Shown here in pieces: positions 25,226-33,870 of a stretch of 40,901 nt of DNA. Under the pieces are notes generated by a model. That model was not told the origin of the DNA. It made no database searches and saw only the letters and a program-made list of their open reading frames with translations. The stretch is from assembly GCA_043753995.1 (NCBI GenBank), contig JAYUVP010000027.1:1-40901 (forward strand), given 5' to 3'. A program made the position numbers and the translations under genes. This DNA comes from Fibrobacterota bacterium (GTDB taxonomy: Bacteria; Fibrobacterota; Fibrobacteria; UBA11236). Every line of letters begins with the position of its first letter. Positions within the stretch are counted from its first letter, which is position 1.

Positions 25226-27057
25226 AACGTTTTTACCTCCCTTACCTTACTCTTGGCCTTGGCCTTTCCCTCGTCACCCTCGCGACCCCCATGGCCGAAG
25301 TCCTGGACACGGCGCAAGACACCACCCAGCAGGCCGGGCCGGCTTCTTTGCTCGAAACCCTGCTGCCAGCGGAAAGCCCGGCCCTGCGTGAGCGATTGCT
25401 TCACCCCGAACGCCTTTTCCTCTGGACGGGCGGCGAAGCCGTGGGTCCCGGCGAAACCTTCACAGCCGAACCCTCCTGGACACGGCGCTTGCTTTGGGCG
25501 GGCCAAGTCTACCCCTTCGCCGAGTGGCCGAGTCTTTCTGAAAAACGCGACAAAAATCAAGATGAGAAGGAAGAAATGCCGAGCGTTTTTTCTCTGCAAG
25601 GCGGCGGAGAAATGGACGAGCAAGACGGTGGGGCCTGGCGTGGGGACTTAAGCTATTCGGTTTTGCCCCAACTTCGGCTGCGAGGCCTATTATGGCAGAA
25701 TGAAGTCGCCTCGGCGGAAAGTAGGTCGCGGCGCGCGCAGGCCTTGGCACCAAAGTCGGGAAAGAATGTTTTGTCGTTTTACGGTGATCGACTGCCGAGC
25801 CAGGCCTATGCCCTGGGGGAAATGACCTATCGCCAGCGTAGCGGTAGCTTGCATGCTACCTATGCCCAGGGTTGGCGCTGGGGTCTCTCGCCGGTTACGG
25901 GGGCCGAATATCCTTGGGAAATCCGGTTGACGCGCCTGAAGGCCGACTATGGCCCGGGACAGGGCATATACCTGCTATTGGCGCAATGGGAAAGCCCGGA
26001 AGAGGCCCTGCATTATCAAGGCGAAGGACAAGCCTCGGAAGTGGGCCTTCGTTTTCAGGGTGGCGAGGACGGCTGGTCTTGGTATATGCAATGGGGTTTT
26101 GCGCGGAGGAAATTCGAAGCCGGGCCTGCCGGTGGCTTTCCCACTTTCGACGAGGATCGCTTTCCCTTCACCTTGCTGACGCAGAAAAACTTTACTTCCG
26201 AGGATTTTCCGGGCTGGGCTTGGCGCACCGAAAGCAAGGTGGCGTCGAGTGACGGCATACTTTCCTTGGAAGGCGAGTCTTCTTTGGGGCGCACGCAAGG
26301 ACAGCATAGGCCAGACGTCGGCGTGAAGGCTTATTTGTCCTATCGCTCTACGGATTTGCCTGCTTCTCAGGAAATCGCCGCCGATTCTGCGCAAACCGTA
26401 TTCGGAGATTTTTTCCCCGATCGCACGGCGCGAGGTGGAGCGGCCTTTGGGGAATACGCTTTTGTGCGCGGCCCGGAAACGGCAAAGGCGCGGGCTACTT
26501 GGGCGGCAGAATGGGGGCGGCCGGTATTTTCTTCGATGACCTCGCCCTCGCTTTCTTCTGTCGAGCAAGGGGATTATTCCAATGCGGCGAGGGTTGGAAA
26601 TTATGCCGCCAGTCCCTTTGTCTTGCATAATTTGGCGCTGACGGCGCAAATGGTGAGCACGCGTCTACCCGGCATTCGGCTTGCCTTGAATGGGGGCACC
26701 CGCGAGTTCTTTGGTGAGGAGGCCGGCGATCTCGAATACGCGCCTGCGCCTTGGTGGGCCGGAGCCGAAGCGGCTTGGGCCGTGTCTCCAGATTTTAGCC
26801 TGACGGGCTTGGCGCAATGGGTGGGTGAAAAGGTCGTACGCCGTTGGCCGAAGGCCGCGGGCACAATCTCCGTCACGCAGGAGTTACGGTCGAAACCTCA
26901 TGCCGAAATATCGGCTGGCTTGCGACGCACTTTCTTTCAGCAGAAGTTTGGCGCGAACTTGCAATTGCTGAATGCCGTTCAGCCCGAAGCGGTGGAGCAT
27001 CCCGCCGGCAATGCCCTGGGGCTTCGCATGCTCGCCTCAGTGGATGGTCGCTGGTGA
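25222..27057 (+). CDS. Hypothetical outer-membrane beta-barrel protein
   Basis: Signal peptide, alternating aromatic beta-strand pattern, C-terminus LLN…EHP.G…RMLASVDGRW (TonB-receptor-like end); ATGA overlap with rsmB. Confidence 0.6.
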   Translation: MKRFYLPYLTLGLGLSLVTLATPMAEVLDTAQDTTQQAGPASLLETLLPAESPALRERLLHPERLFLWTGGEAVGPGETFTAEPSWTRRLLWAGQVYPFAEWPSLSEKRDKNQDEKEEMPSVFSLQGGGEMDEQDGGAWRGDLSYSVLPQLRLRGLLWQNEVASAESRSRRAQALAPKSGKNVLSFYGDRLPSQAYALGEMTYRQRSGSLHATYAQGWRWGLSPVTGAEYPWEIRLTRLKADYGPGQGIYLLLAQWESPEEALHYQGEGQASEVGLRFQGGEDGWSWYMQWGFARRKFEAGPAGGFPTFDEDRFPFTLLTQKNFTSEDFPGWAWRTESKVASSDGILSLEGESSLGRTQGQHRPDVGVKAYLSYRSTDLPASQEIAADSAQTVFGDFFPDRTARGGAAFGEYAFVRGPETAKARATWAAEWGRPVFSSMTSPSLSSVEQGDYSNAARVGNYAASPFVLHNLALTAQMVSTRLPGIRLALNGGTREFFGEEAGDLEYAPAPWWAGAEAAWAVSPDFSLTGLAQWVGEKVVRRWPKAAGTISVTQELRSKPHAEISAGLRRTFFQQKFGANLQLLNAVQPEAVEHPAGNALGLRMLASVDGRW

Positions 27058-27113
27058 GGGCGCTGGTGCCCTCCGAGCTCCGATGGATTTAGGCCTGAAG
27101 CCAGAGATTGCCA

Positions 27114-28805
27114 TCACTCGGTTTTATAGTTCACGATAAAGCATTCAAAGTCGACGGCCATGGAGGCTAGCATGGCCGTGTCGGCCTGGGTTTTCTCCAA
27201 GCCGACATGCGCGGCGCGTGCCGAAGCTTGCAAGGTGGTCGCTTCTTGGGCCATGTTCCGGCTGGCTGTCGCCGCATGCGAAAGGCTACTGCTCATCTCG
27301 CGGGTCGTCGCGGTTTGTTCCTCCACCGCGCTGGCTATGGAGGCTTGAAAGGCGTGAATGCGATCGATGATTTCCTTCAAGTCCTTCATGGAGATGGACA
27401 CGCCGGTGGTGCCTTCTTGAATCGAGGTGATTTTGGCGGCGATGGTTTCGGTGGCGGTGGAGGTGTGGCGCGCCAATTCCTTGACCTCGCTGGCGACTAC
27501 GGCAAAGCCTTTGCCTGAGGCTCCCGCGCGCGCGGCTTCGATAGTGGCATTCAAAGCCAATAAATTGGTTTGTTCGGCGATATTCTGGATCAATTGCAGG
27601 ACATCGCCAATTTCGCGACTGCTGACATCCAGCCTATTCATGTCCTGATGAGCATGTTGGACTATGCTCACGGCCTCTTTGACCACCGTGGTCGCTTCGA
27701 CGGTATGACGGCCGATTTCCTGTATGCTGGCCGACATTTGCTCGGTGGCTGCCGCCACGGATTGCACCACGCTATTGAGTTGATCGGCTTCACCGGTCAT
27801 TCGGTCCATCAATTTTGTCGTGGCGCGAGCGCTATCGTCGGCCTCCAAATTGGCTTCCGTCAGGCTGGCGGAACTGGAGGTGAGGACATTCGAAGTGCGT
27901 CGGAGAGCCGTGATTTGATCCCGAAGGCTTTGCACCAAATCCTGTATGCCTGTGGCAAGCCTTCCCACATCATCATTGCCCTCATTGGGAATTTGCACGG
28001 TCAAGTCCTTGCTGGCCGCGCATTCCACGGCTTCGCGCAGCCGGGCGGTACGTTGGCTTAGCCGCGAAGTGAATCGGCGATAAGTCGCCAACAATAATCC
28101 GAGCAGGCCAAGTACCAGGAAAAAAATCAATCCCACTTTTTGGGCCATGGCCCGCGAGGCGGCCAAGGGCTTTTCGACTTCCAGGTCGACTTCGAGTACG
28201 CCGCGCATATCGCCGACTTGCCAATCCCGTTTGGGCGAGTCTGGATGGGAATTGTGGCAGGCAACACAACTTTCTTTCATGCGATCGGCCGCAGCCAGCC
28301 GTACTTTCGCGGGCTTCGAGCTTTCATCCAGAAGAGAGAATATGGAATCGGGATGACCTTGTAAAAAGGCAAGGGCAGCCTCGGCAAAAGCGTCGAGGTG
28401 ACGACCCTTTCGTTCGGGGAAAGGAAAGCGGCTATAAAGCTTCATTTGGGTACCGGATTTCGTACCCTCAAGTTTGGCACTCAAATCATGAATGACGGTC
28501 GCAGGCAGGGGAATGGTTCCGGGCTTGTCGAGATAATGCGACGAAGCGGTCAATTTGCCTTCCGCTGCGGGTAATTTGGCAATGACATTTTCGGTGTAGT
28601 AGGCGCGCAAATTCCGGTATTGCTGTACCGTGCTATGGGCTGAAGCGACCGAAGCCGCCACGGTATTGGCGCGCGACACGCTCACTATCAGGAATAATGC
28701 CGCACCAAGGCCCACCGCGGCCAGGCTGAGCAAAATCCAGGTAGCCAGATTCAGGCGGTTTTCGATACCGAGTCGTGGCTTTGCAAGCTCTGGGGATATT
28801 TTCAT
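27114..28805 (-). CDS. Methyl-accepting chemotaxis protein with periplasmic heme-c (DUF3365/Tll0287-like) sensor
   Basis: Two TM helices flank IPLPAT…YSRFPFPER…ESCVACHNSHPDSPKRDW.VGD.RGVLEV; HAMP; IAEQTNLLALNATIEAARAG..GKGFAVVASEVKELA. Confidence 0.9.
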   Translation of the reverse strand: MKISPELAKPRLGIENRLNLATWILLSLAAVGLGAALFLIVSVSRANTVAASVASAHSTVQQYRNLRAYYTENVIAKLPAAEGKLTASSHYLDKPGTIPLPATVIHDLSAKLEGTKSGTQMKLYSRFPFPERKGRHLDAFAEAALAFLQGHPDSIFSLLDESSKPAKVRLAAADRMKESCVACHNSHPDSPKRDWQVGDMRGVLEVDLEVEKPLAASRAMAQKVGLIFFLVLGLLGLLLATYRRFTSRLSQRTARLREAVECAASKDLTVQIPNEGNDDVGRLATGIQDLVQSLRDQITALRRTSNVLTSSSASLTEANLEADDSARATTKLMDRMTGEADQLNSVVQSVAAATEQMSASIQEIGRHTVEATTVVKEAVSIVQHAHQDMNRLDVSSREIGDVLQLIQNIAEQTNLLALNATIEAARAGASGKGFAVVASEVKELARHTSTATETIAAKITSIQEGTTGVSISMKDLKEIIDRIHAFQASIASAVEEQTATTREMSSSLSHAATASRNMAQEATTLQASARAAHVGLEKTQADTAMLASMAVDFECFIVNYKTE

Positions 28806-28811
28806 TCAGGA

Positions 28812-28842
28812 ATGTTAAAGGCCGGCTTGGCCAGATTGTCAA
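28812..28842 (-). promoter_or_regulatory. Candidate sigma70 promoter for the MCP (leaderless)
   Basis: TTGACA-19 nt-TAACAT-6 nt-ATG with no SD. The spacer is longer than optimal. Confidence 0.4.
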
Positions 28843-28875
28843 GGTGTAAAAGTATGGGAAGGGAAAAGCGAGAAA

Positions 28876-29796
28876 TTATCGAATCGCTACGGTAGGAACG
28901 GGAAGCACGGCCGCGGCCATCCGACGTTCCGCCCAATCGTCGCGCCCGGCTCTTTCCCAAGCGATTCGCGCCTCGGCTAGGGCCTGCTCGCTCTGGTTCG
29001 GCCACTGGGCTTGGAATATTTCCGGGCTCCAAGCCGTGCGTGCCAAATACTCGGAAGGCGATTCACGTTTGAACTCCATGGGATTGGTTTCCGGCAGACG
29101 CAAGGAAGCGAAGGGTAAGCCGGCATAGGCAGATGGGGCCTTGGGCAGGGCCTGCAGGGCTTCTGCCTTCACAAAACCGATGGCATCCCGCGCTTGCACC
29201 AGGACCCAACCTTTTTTAGGTTCACTCAAAATCGCGATGCGATCGCGTGAAAGTAGGACGCCTAGCCTTCCGCCCCGGGTGGAGGGATAAGGCCGCACAT
29301 TCACCGAGGCCCATTTGACCTTGGCCTTTTTTCCTACCGTAGGCGGAGGCGATCCCTTTTTCCATTGATCCAATAAATCATGCCAAGAAAAAGTGAGCAA
29401 ATAGGCGGCGATATAGGCTGTGTCGCCTTCCTCGGTCACCACTTGGGCCCATTTTCCCATCATCTTTCGGACGAAGAGGGCTTCATCCAGCAAGCGAGTA
29501 CCCTTGATTGGAGCAATCAGAGAGGGGCCTTCACGTAAATTAGCGGCATCCACGCGCACCTTGGCCAGACAATGATCAATGGCATTCGGATTGTCGGGAA
29601 GTGAGGTATCGCCCAGGTTACTCTCGGGCAAGTTTCCTGGAGTGAGGCTGGCCGTGGCCTCCTCTGTTTGCGATCCCGAGGTTTCGGCCTTCGGTTCTTG
29701 CAGGGGAAGGCCTAAGAGTAAAGCCGGAAACCATAAGCTTGAAATCAGAGTGGCGCCGATTCGGCGTTTGTCCCCTATCCCGCTTATTTGCCTCAT
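28876..29796 (-). CDS. Secreted protein with two bacterial SH3 (SH3b) domains
   Basis: ANLREGPS…GKWAQV…YIAAYL and VNVRPYPST…GWVLVQ…GFVKAEAL; GGAG RBS. Confidence 0.75.
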   Translation of the reverse strand: MRQISGIGDKRRIGATLISSLWFPALLLGLPLQEPKAETSGSQTEEATASLTPGNLPESNLGDTSLPDNPNAIDHCLAKVRVDAANLREGPSLIAPIKGTRLLDEALFVRKMMGKWAQVVTEEGDTAYIAAYLLTFSWHDLLDQWKKGSPPPTVGKKAKVKWASVNVRPYPSTRGGRLGVLLSRDRIAILSEPKKGWVLVQARDAIGFVKAEALQALPKAPSAYAGLPFASLRLPETNPMEFKRESPSEYLARTAWSPEIFQAQWPNQSEQALAEARIAWERAGRDDWAERRMAAAVLPVPTVAIR

Positions 29797-29822
29797 TTTT
29801 ACTCCGCCTGGGTTGTCCTTGG

Positions 29823-29852
29823 ATTATACGAGGCCGGAGACGAAGATCGCAA
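29823..29852 (-). promoter_or_regulatory. Sigma70-type promoter for the SH3 gene
   Basis: TTGCGA-18 nt-TATAAT, 26 nt upstream of ATG 29796. Confidence 0.6.
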
Positions 29853-29923
29853 ATGTCCTGATTGGAACAAGATTCCAAACAAATTCTGGCTTGACAGGTA
29901 ATTGACTCGGGACTGACCCTAAC

Positions 29924-29952
29924 TTGACCAGAGAAATATCCACCCTTATTCT
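29924..29952 (+). promoter_or_regulatory. Sigma70-type promoter for the GGDEF-EAL gene (leaderless)
   Basis: TTGACC-17 nt-TATTCT-7 nt-ATG(29960); no SD. Confidence 0.5.
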
Positions 29953-29959
29953 CTTCAAT

Positions 29960-31849
29960 ATGCCCCAAACTCTCAATCTAAGGGCCAAGGCCAAGGCCGT
30001 TGCCGGGCGCCGCTTGGATGCCACGCGCTTTCACACCGTGGTTGTCCTCTTGGTGCTTTATGCTGTAGCCTTAAGTCCGCTTTATCGCCTCATCGGAGAT
30101 GTGGTCTTTTTTCTTTCCCTGGTGCCCTTGACGGTCGCAGGCGGTTTGTTGGGAACCTTGCCGGCCCTGTTGGTGGCTTTCTTGCTTTCAGGTCTCAACC
30201 TTTATCTGTATTGGCAACTCGGTGCCAGTTGGGGGGAATTGGCGGGACGCGGTGGCGCTGCTGTCCTTTTGCATTTGTTGGTGGGCGGAGGCGTCGGTCG
30301 TCTCGCGGACTTGCATGCGCGACTCAAGCAGGAATTGGCGGAACGCAATGAAGTCGAGGACCGTCTCGAATTTCTAGCCTATCACGATCCTTTGACGGGT
30401 TTGCCTAATCGCCTGCTTTTTCACGATCATCTGGAGCGAGAATTGGCCCATGCTCGCCGCAATCAGCTTCGAGTGGGTGTTTTGGCTCTCAATCTCGAAC
30501 GATTCCGGTGGGTGAATGATTCCTTTGGCCATGATGTCGGGGACAAGCTTCTATCCGAAGTCGGCCAACGTTTGCAAAAGGCGGTACGGCAAAGCGATAC
30601 CGTGGCGCGACTGGGCAGCGATACCTTCGTCATCCTTTTACCGAAGCTTCGCACCGGCACGGACATTTCCGCCATCTATGAGAAAATCCAAGTCCAGTTG
30701 GCCCTTCCCATGTTTCTCAATGGCCAGGAAATTCACATCAATGGCCGCATGGGAGTAGCGCAATTCCCCGAAGACGGAGACGAGCCGGAAACCCTTTTGC
30801 GCAATGCCGATGCCGCCTTGAACCGCGCCAAGCAAAACGCCACCCAAACCTTTCAGGCTTATAATCCCCAGATCAATAGCGCGGCCCGTGAGCGCATGCG
30901 TCTCGAAATGGGTATTCGCAAAGCCTTGCAGCAAGAGGAATTATTCCTGCACTATCAGCCCGTCATAGACACGGGCACGGGAGCCATCGTCAGCTTTGAA
31001 GCGCTACTGCGCTGGAATCACCCGCAAATCGGCGCCATATCCCCGGATGTTTTCATTCCCATCGCCGAAGATACGGGAGCGATACACGCCATAGGCACCT
31101 GGGTCTTTCGTTCGGCCCTGCTTCAGTTGCGGCATTGGCAACAAATGGGATTTTCCGAATTACGCATGGCCGTGAATCTTTCACCCAAGCAATTACGGCG
31201 CGAAAACCTTCATCTTGAGTTTGCCACCATCGCCCAGGAAATTGGAATTGCAGGTGAATCCATTGAGCTCGAAGTCACCGAAAGTTCCCTGCTCAAGCAA
31301 GAGACCCAAGTGATGGAGAATTTGAAGCGGTTCCGCGAGGCGGGCTATGGCCTAGCCGTCGATGATTTCGGCACGGGTTATAGCTGTCTGGCTTATTTGA
31401 AGCGCATGCCCTTCACCTGCCTCAAGGTCGATCGCTCCTTCATTAAACAAGTGAATACCGATCCCGAATACGCAAGCATCACCTATGCCATTATCGCCAT
31501 CGCCAAGGCATTGCGCATGCGCACCATCGCCGAAGGCGTAGAAACCCAAGAACAATGCACCTATTTGTGGCAATTGCAATGCGATGCCATCCAGGGCTAT
31601 TTCTTCAATAAGCCCGCTCCTGCTGAAGAATGCACGCGCATGTTGGCGGAAATCACGAACCGCAAGAACTTGTACTCAGCCCAGGTCGCTGCCCTGCACG
31701 CCGCCGCTTCAAGCCGTAAGCAGGAATCAGGTGCCGCCGGTTTGGACCTGTTGCCATTGGCCGTGTCCACCGATTGGGCGCCTGCCGCCAAGCCAGCCGA
31801 AGAAGAGGATATGCCGCCGGTGCGCCTGCAGAATCCGCATGAGGCTTGA
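29960..31849 (+). CDS. Membrane-anchored c-di-GMP phosphodiesterase (degenerate GGDEF + EAL)
   Basis: N-terminal TM helices; YHDPLTGLPNR; GGDEF replaced by GSDTF; intact EALLRW, VNLS, ELEVTES, DDFGTGYS, KVDRSF, AEGVET, QGY. Confidence 0.9.
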   Translation: MPQTLNLRAKAKAVAGRRLDATRFHTVVVLLVLYAVALSPLYRLIGDVVFFLSLVPLTVAGGLLGTLPALLVAFLLSGLNLYLYWQLGASWGELAGRGGAAVLLHLLVGGGVGRLADLHARLKQELAERNEVEDRLEFLAYHDPLTGLPNRLLFHDHLERELAHARRNQLRVGVLALNLERFRWVNDSFGHDVGDKLLSEVGQRLQKAVRQSDTVARLGSDTFVILLPKLRTGTDISAIYEKIQVQLALPMFLNGQEIHINGRMGVAQFPEDGDEPETLLRNADAALNRAKQNATQTFQAYNPQINSAARERMRLEMGIRKALQQEELFLHYQPVIDTGTGAIVSFEALLRWNHPQIGAISPDVFIPIAEDTGAIHAIGTWVFRSALLQLRHWQQMGFSELRMAVNLSPKQLRRENLHLEFATIAQEIGIAGESIELEVTESSLLKQETQVMENLKRFREAGYGLAVDDFGTGYSCLAYLKRMPFTCLKVDRSFIKQVNTDPEYASITYAIIAIAKALRMRTIAEGVETQEQCTYLWQLQCDAIQGYFFNKPAPAEECTRMLAEITNRKNLYSAQVAALHAAASSRKQESGAAGLDLLPLAVSTDWAPAAKPAEEEDMPPVRLQNPHEA

Positions 31850-31988
31850 GGGGGGAAGAGGACAGGTCAACTGACTTCCACCTTGCTCCACACTTTCACT
31901 TGCTTATTCTCGATTGCATTTAAGAACCTAAGTAAGGGGCTGGCGTCGGATTTGTTGGGTAAGATTTGAGAATTGATTAGGAGGCGGT

Positions 31989-32426
31989 ATGGATCCATTC
32001 ATCCTGAAGCTGGATAGCCCAGAACGTTGCGAGCAATATGCGCGCAACATTCAGGTGCGTGATCCCAAAAATGCAGAGATTGCCCTTCGGCGTGCAGTTG
32101 AACTCCGCGCTGAACAATATCATGCAACATCACCGGCTGAACGAGAGTGCGTGCAAGCAGTGTATGCCTATGAAAGAGCCATGTGGAAACAACGTGGCAA
32201 GCCCGTTAAAGCTTCGCGGACATGGCAAATGATCAAGCGGCGTGGCATTATTCCCGCGGTTGAATACATCGTCAATAAGCCGGAGGAGTTTCCCGGGTAT
32301 ACTATCCTAGTCGAGATGGGTATGCGAGATATGGCCTTCGAAGCTGTCGTACTCAGACATCCACAGCATTTCAGTGAACAGGCTATAGCCGCATCCCAAT
32401 TAAGGCTTGCCCATCCATTACAGTGA
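31989..32426 (+). CDS. Hypothetical protein (all-alpha)
   Basis: AGGAGG RBS 4 nt before ATG; protein-like sequence (AVYAYE…ASRTWQMIKRRGII…AFEAVVLRHP). Confidence 0.7.
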   Translation: MDPFILKLDSPERCEQYARNIQVRDPKNAEIALRRAVELRAEQYHATSPAERECVQAVYAYERAMWKQRGKPVKASRTWQMIKRRGIIPAVEYIVNKPEEFPGYTILVEMGMRDMAFEAVVLRHPQHFSEQAIAASQLRLAHPLQ

Positions 32427-32528
32427 AAAGTGGGTAAGGGCTGGGGAAATGAGAATAGGGGTTTAATTTTCCTAGGCTCTTTCATGTTTAAGAAATCCAT
32501 TATCCGTTGGATGCAAGTAAGGCGCACC

Positions 32529-33014
32529 ATGAAGCCGGTTTTTGGAATATTCGCCTTATCGGCAATGGTCGCTATTCTGGGCTGCATCCCAGATTGCACT
32601 TCCGAGGGCTATCAACAGGAAAACCGGGAAATCACGCTTCGTCTGTTCACCTCAATTGATTCCTTCACCATTCGGTATCAAAGAGAGGGCTACGCCATGG
32701 TCAAAGTACCCGTGCGCAAGCACCGGAACGATGCGCTGGGAGACACCGTGATTTGCCGGTTCTTCGGGACGGAAGGGCGGTACCGAGATTACCACTTGTT
32801 CAGCCGGGTGTCGGTCGATAGCACCGGAATCCGCATCTCCCACGAGCCGATAGGTGCGGACCGGGTGGACTACCGGGATTCCACGGGGAATATCCAGGTT
32901 CTGACAAAACAGGCCTGCAGCCCGCTGGAACCTGGTTTCGATGCCGATTCCATCCATATCGAGATGGGTGGCGCGAAACGAATAGTCTTCGACACCCTGA
33001 CCCTTCGCGATTAG
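32529..33014 (+). CDS. Putative lipoprotein
   Basis: MKPVFGIFALSAMVAILG|C lipobox; AAGG upstream. Confidence 0.55.
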   Translation: MKPVFGIFALSAMVAILGCIPDCTSEGYQQENREITLRLFTSIDSFTIRYQREGYAMVKVPVRKHRNDALGDTVICRFFGTEGRYRDYHLFSRVSVDSTGIRISHEPIGADRVDYRDSTGNIQVLTKQACSPLEPGFDADSIHIEMGGAKRIVFDTLTLRD

Positions 33015-33024
33015 GCCACTCGCT

Positions 33025-33870
33025 CTAAAGCGTCCCGCCCTTTTTCAGCAATTTCCACCGCAGAATACGGTCGACCATTTGGTGGCTGAGAAAGCGGCTT
33101 AGCCGGAAAAACCGCTTGGCCTCTGCCCCCACGGCAATGCGCACGGGGGCTTTTTCGTTTTCCAGGGTGGCCAGTATCACGCGCGCTACGTCTTCGCCAT
33201 CGGGTATACGCGGGTCCTGATCGCGGCCATAGTCGAGAAAGGGTTTGAGGCGCGCGGCATAGGGACTATTCTCCTTCAGTGCCGGTCGTAGGCGATTGTG
33301 GAAATCGCTGCGCACCCAGCCCGGCTCGAAGAGATGCACGCGTATGCCATAGGGAAAAACTTCGTGGCGGAGGGCCAAGGAAAAAGACGATAAGGCTGAT
33401 TTACTGGCGCAATATTGGGCTTTAAAGGGGAATTGAAGCGAATGCACAATGCTCCCCAATTGAAGTATGGCTCCCTGGCGGCGACTGCGCATGGCCGGCA
33501 AGGCGAGTTGGGTGAGCCTTACTGCCGAGAAATAATTGACTTCGAACATCTCTCGCGCATCCGCCAGGGACGTGTCTTCGACGGCACCGAGTTCGCCCAG
33601 TCCGGCATTGTTAATGAGGATATCAATGCCGCCCCATTTTTGTTCTGCCTCGTGAAAAAGCCTTTCCACCTGGGGTGGGTCGGCGAGGTCAGCGGGAAGC
33701 AAGGCGAAAGGCAAGTCTTCCGGCTTCTCTACGCCTAGCCGAGAAGCGGCGGCCAGGGGATTGCGGCAAGAACCTATCACTTGATAACCGTGCGAAGCCA
33801 ATAAACGCGCAGTCGCAGCGCCTATACCCGAGCTGGCTCCGGTAATGAGGACACGTCGGAGGGACGTCAC
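33025..33870 (-). CDS. Short-chain dehydrogenase/reductase
   Basis: VLITGASSGIG, NNAG, YCASK, EPG; GTGA overlap with the upstream TPR gene. Confidence 0.9.
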   Translation of the reverse strand: MTSLRRVLITGASSGIGAATARLLASHGYQVIGSCRNPLAAASRLGVEKPEDLPFALLPADLADPPQVERLFHEAEQKWGGIDILINNAGLGELGAVEDTSLADAREMFEVNYFSAVRLTQLALPAMRSRRQGAILQLGSIVHSLQFPFKAQYCASKSALSSFSLALRHEVFPYGIRVHLFEPGWVRSDFHNRLRPALKENSPYAARLKPFLDYGRDQDPRIPDGEDVARVILATLENEKAPVRIAVGAEAKRFFRLSRFLSHQMVDRILRWKLLKKGGTL

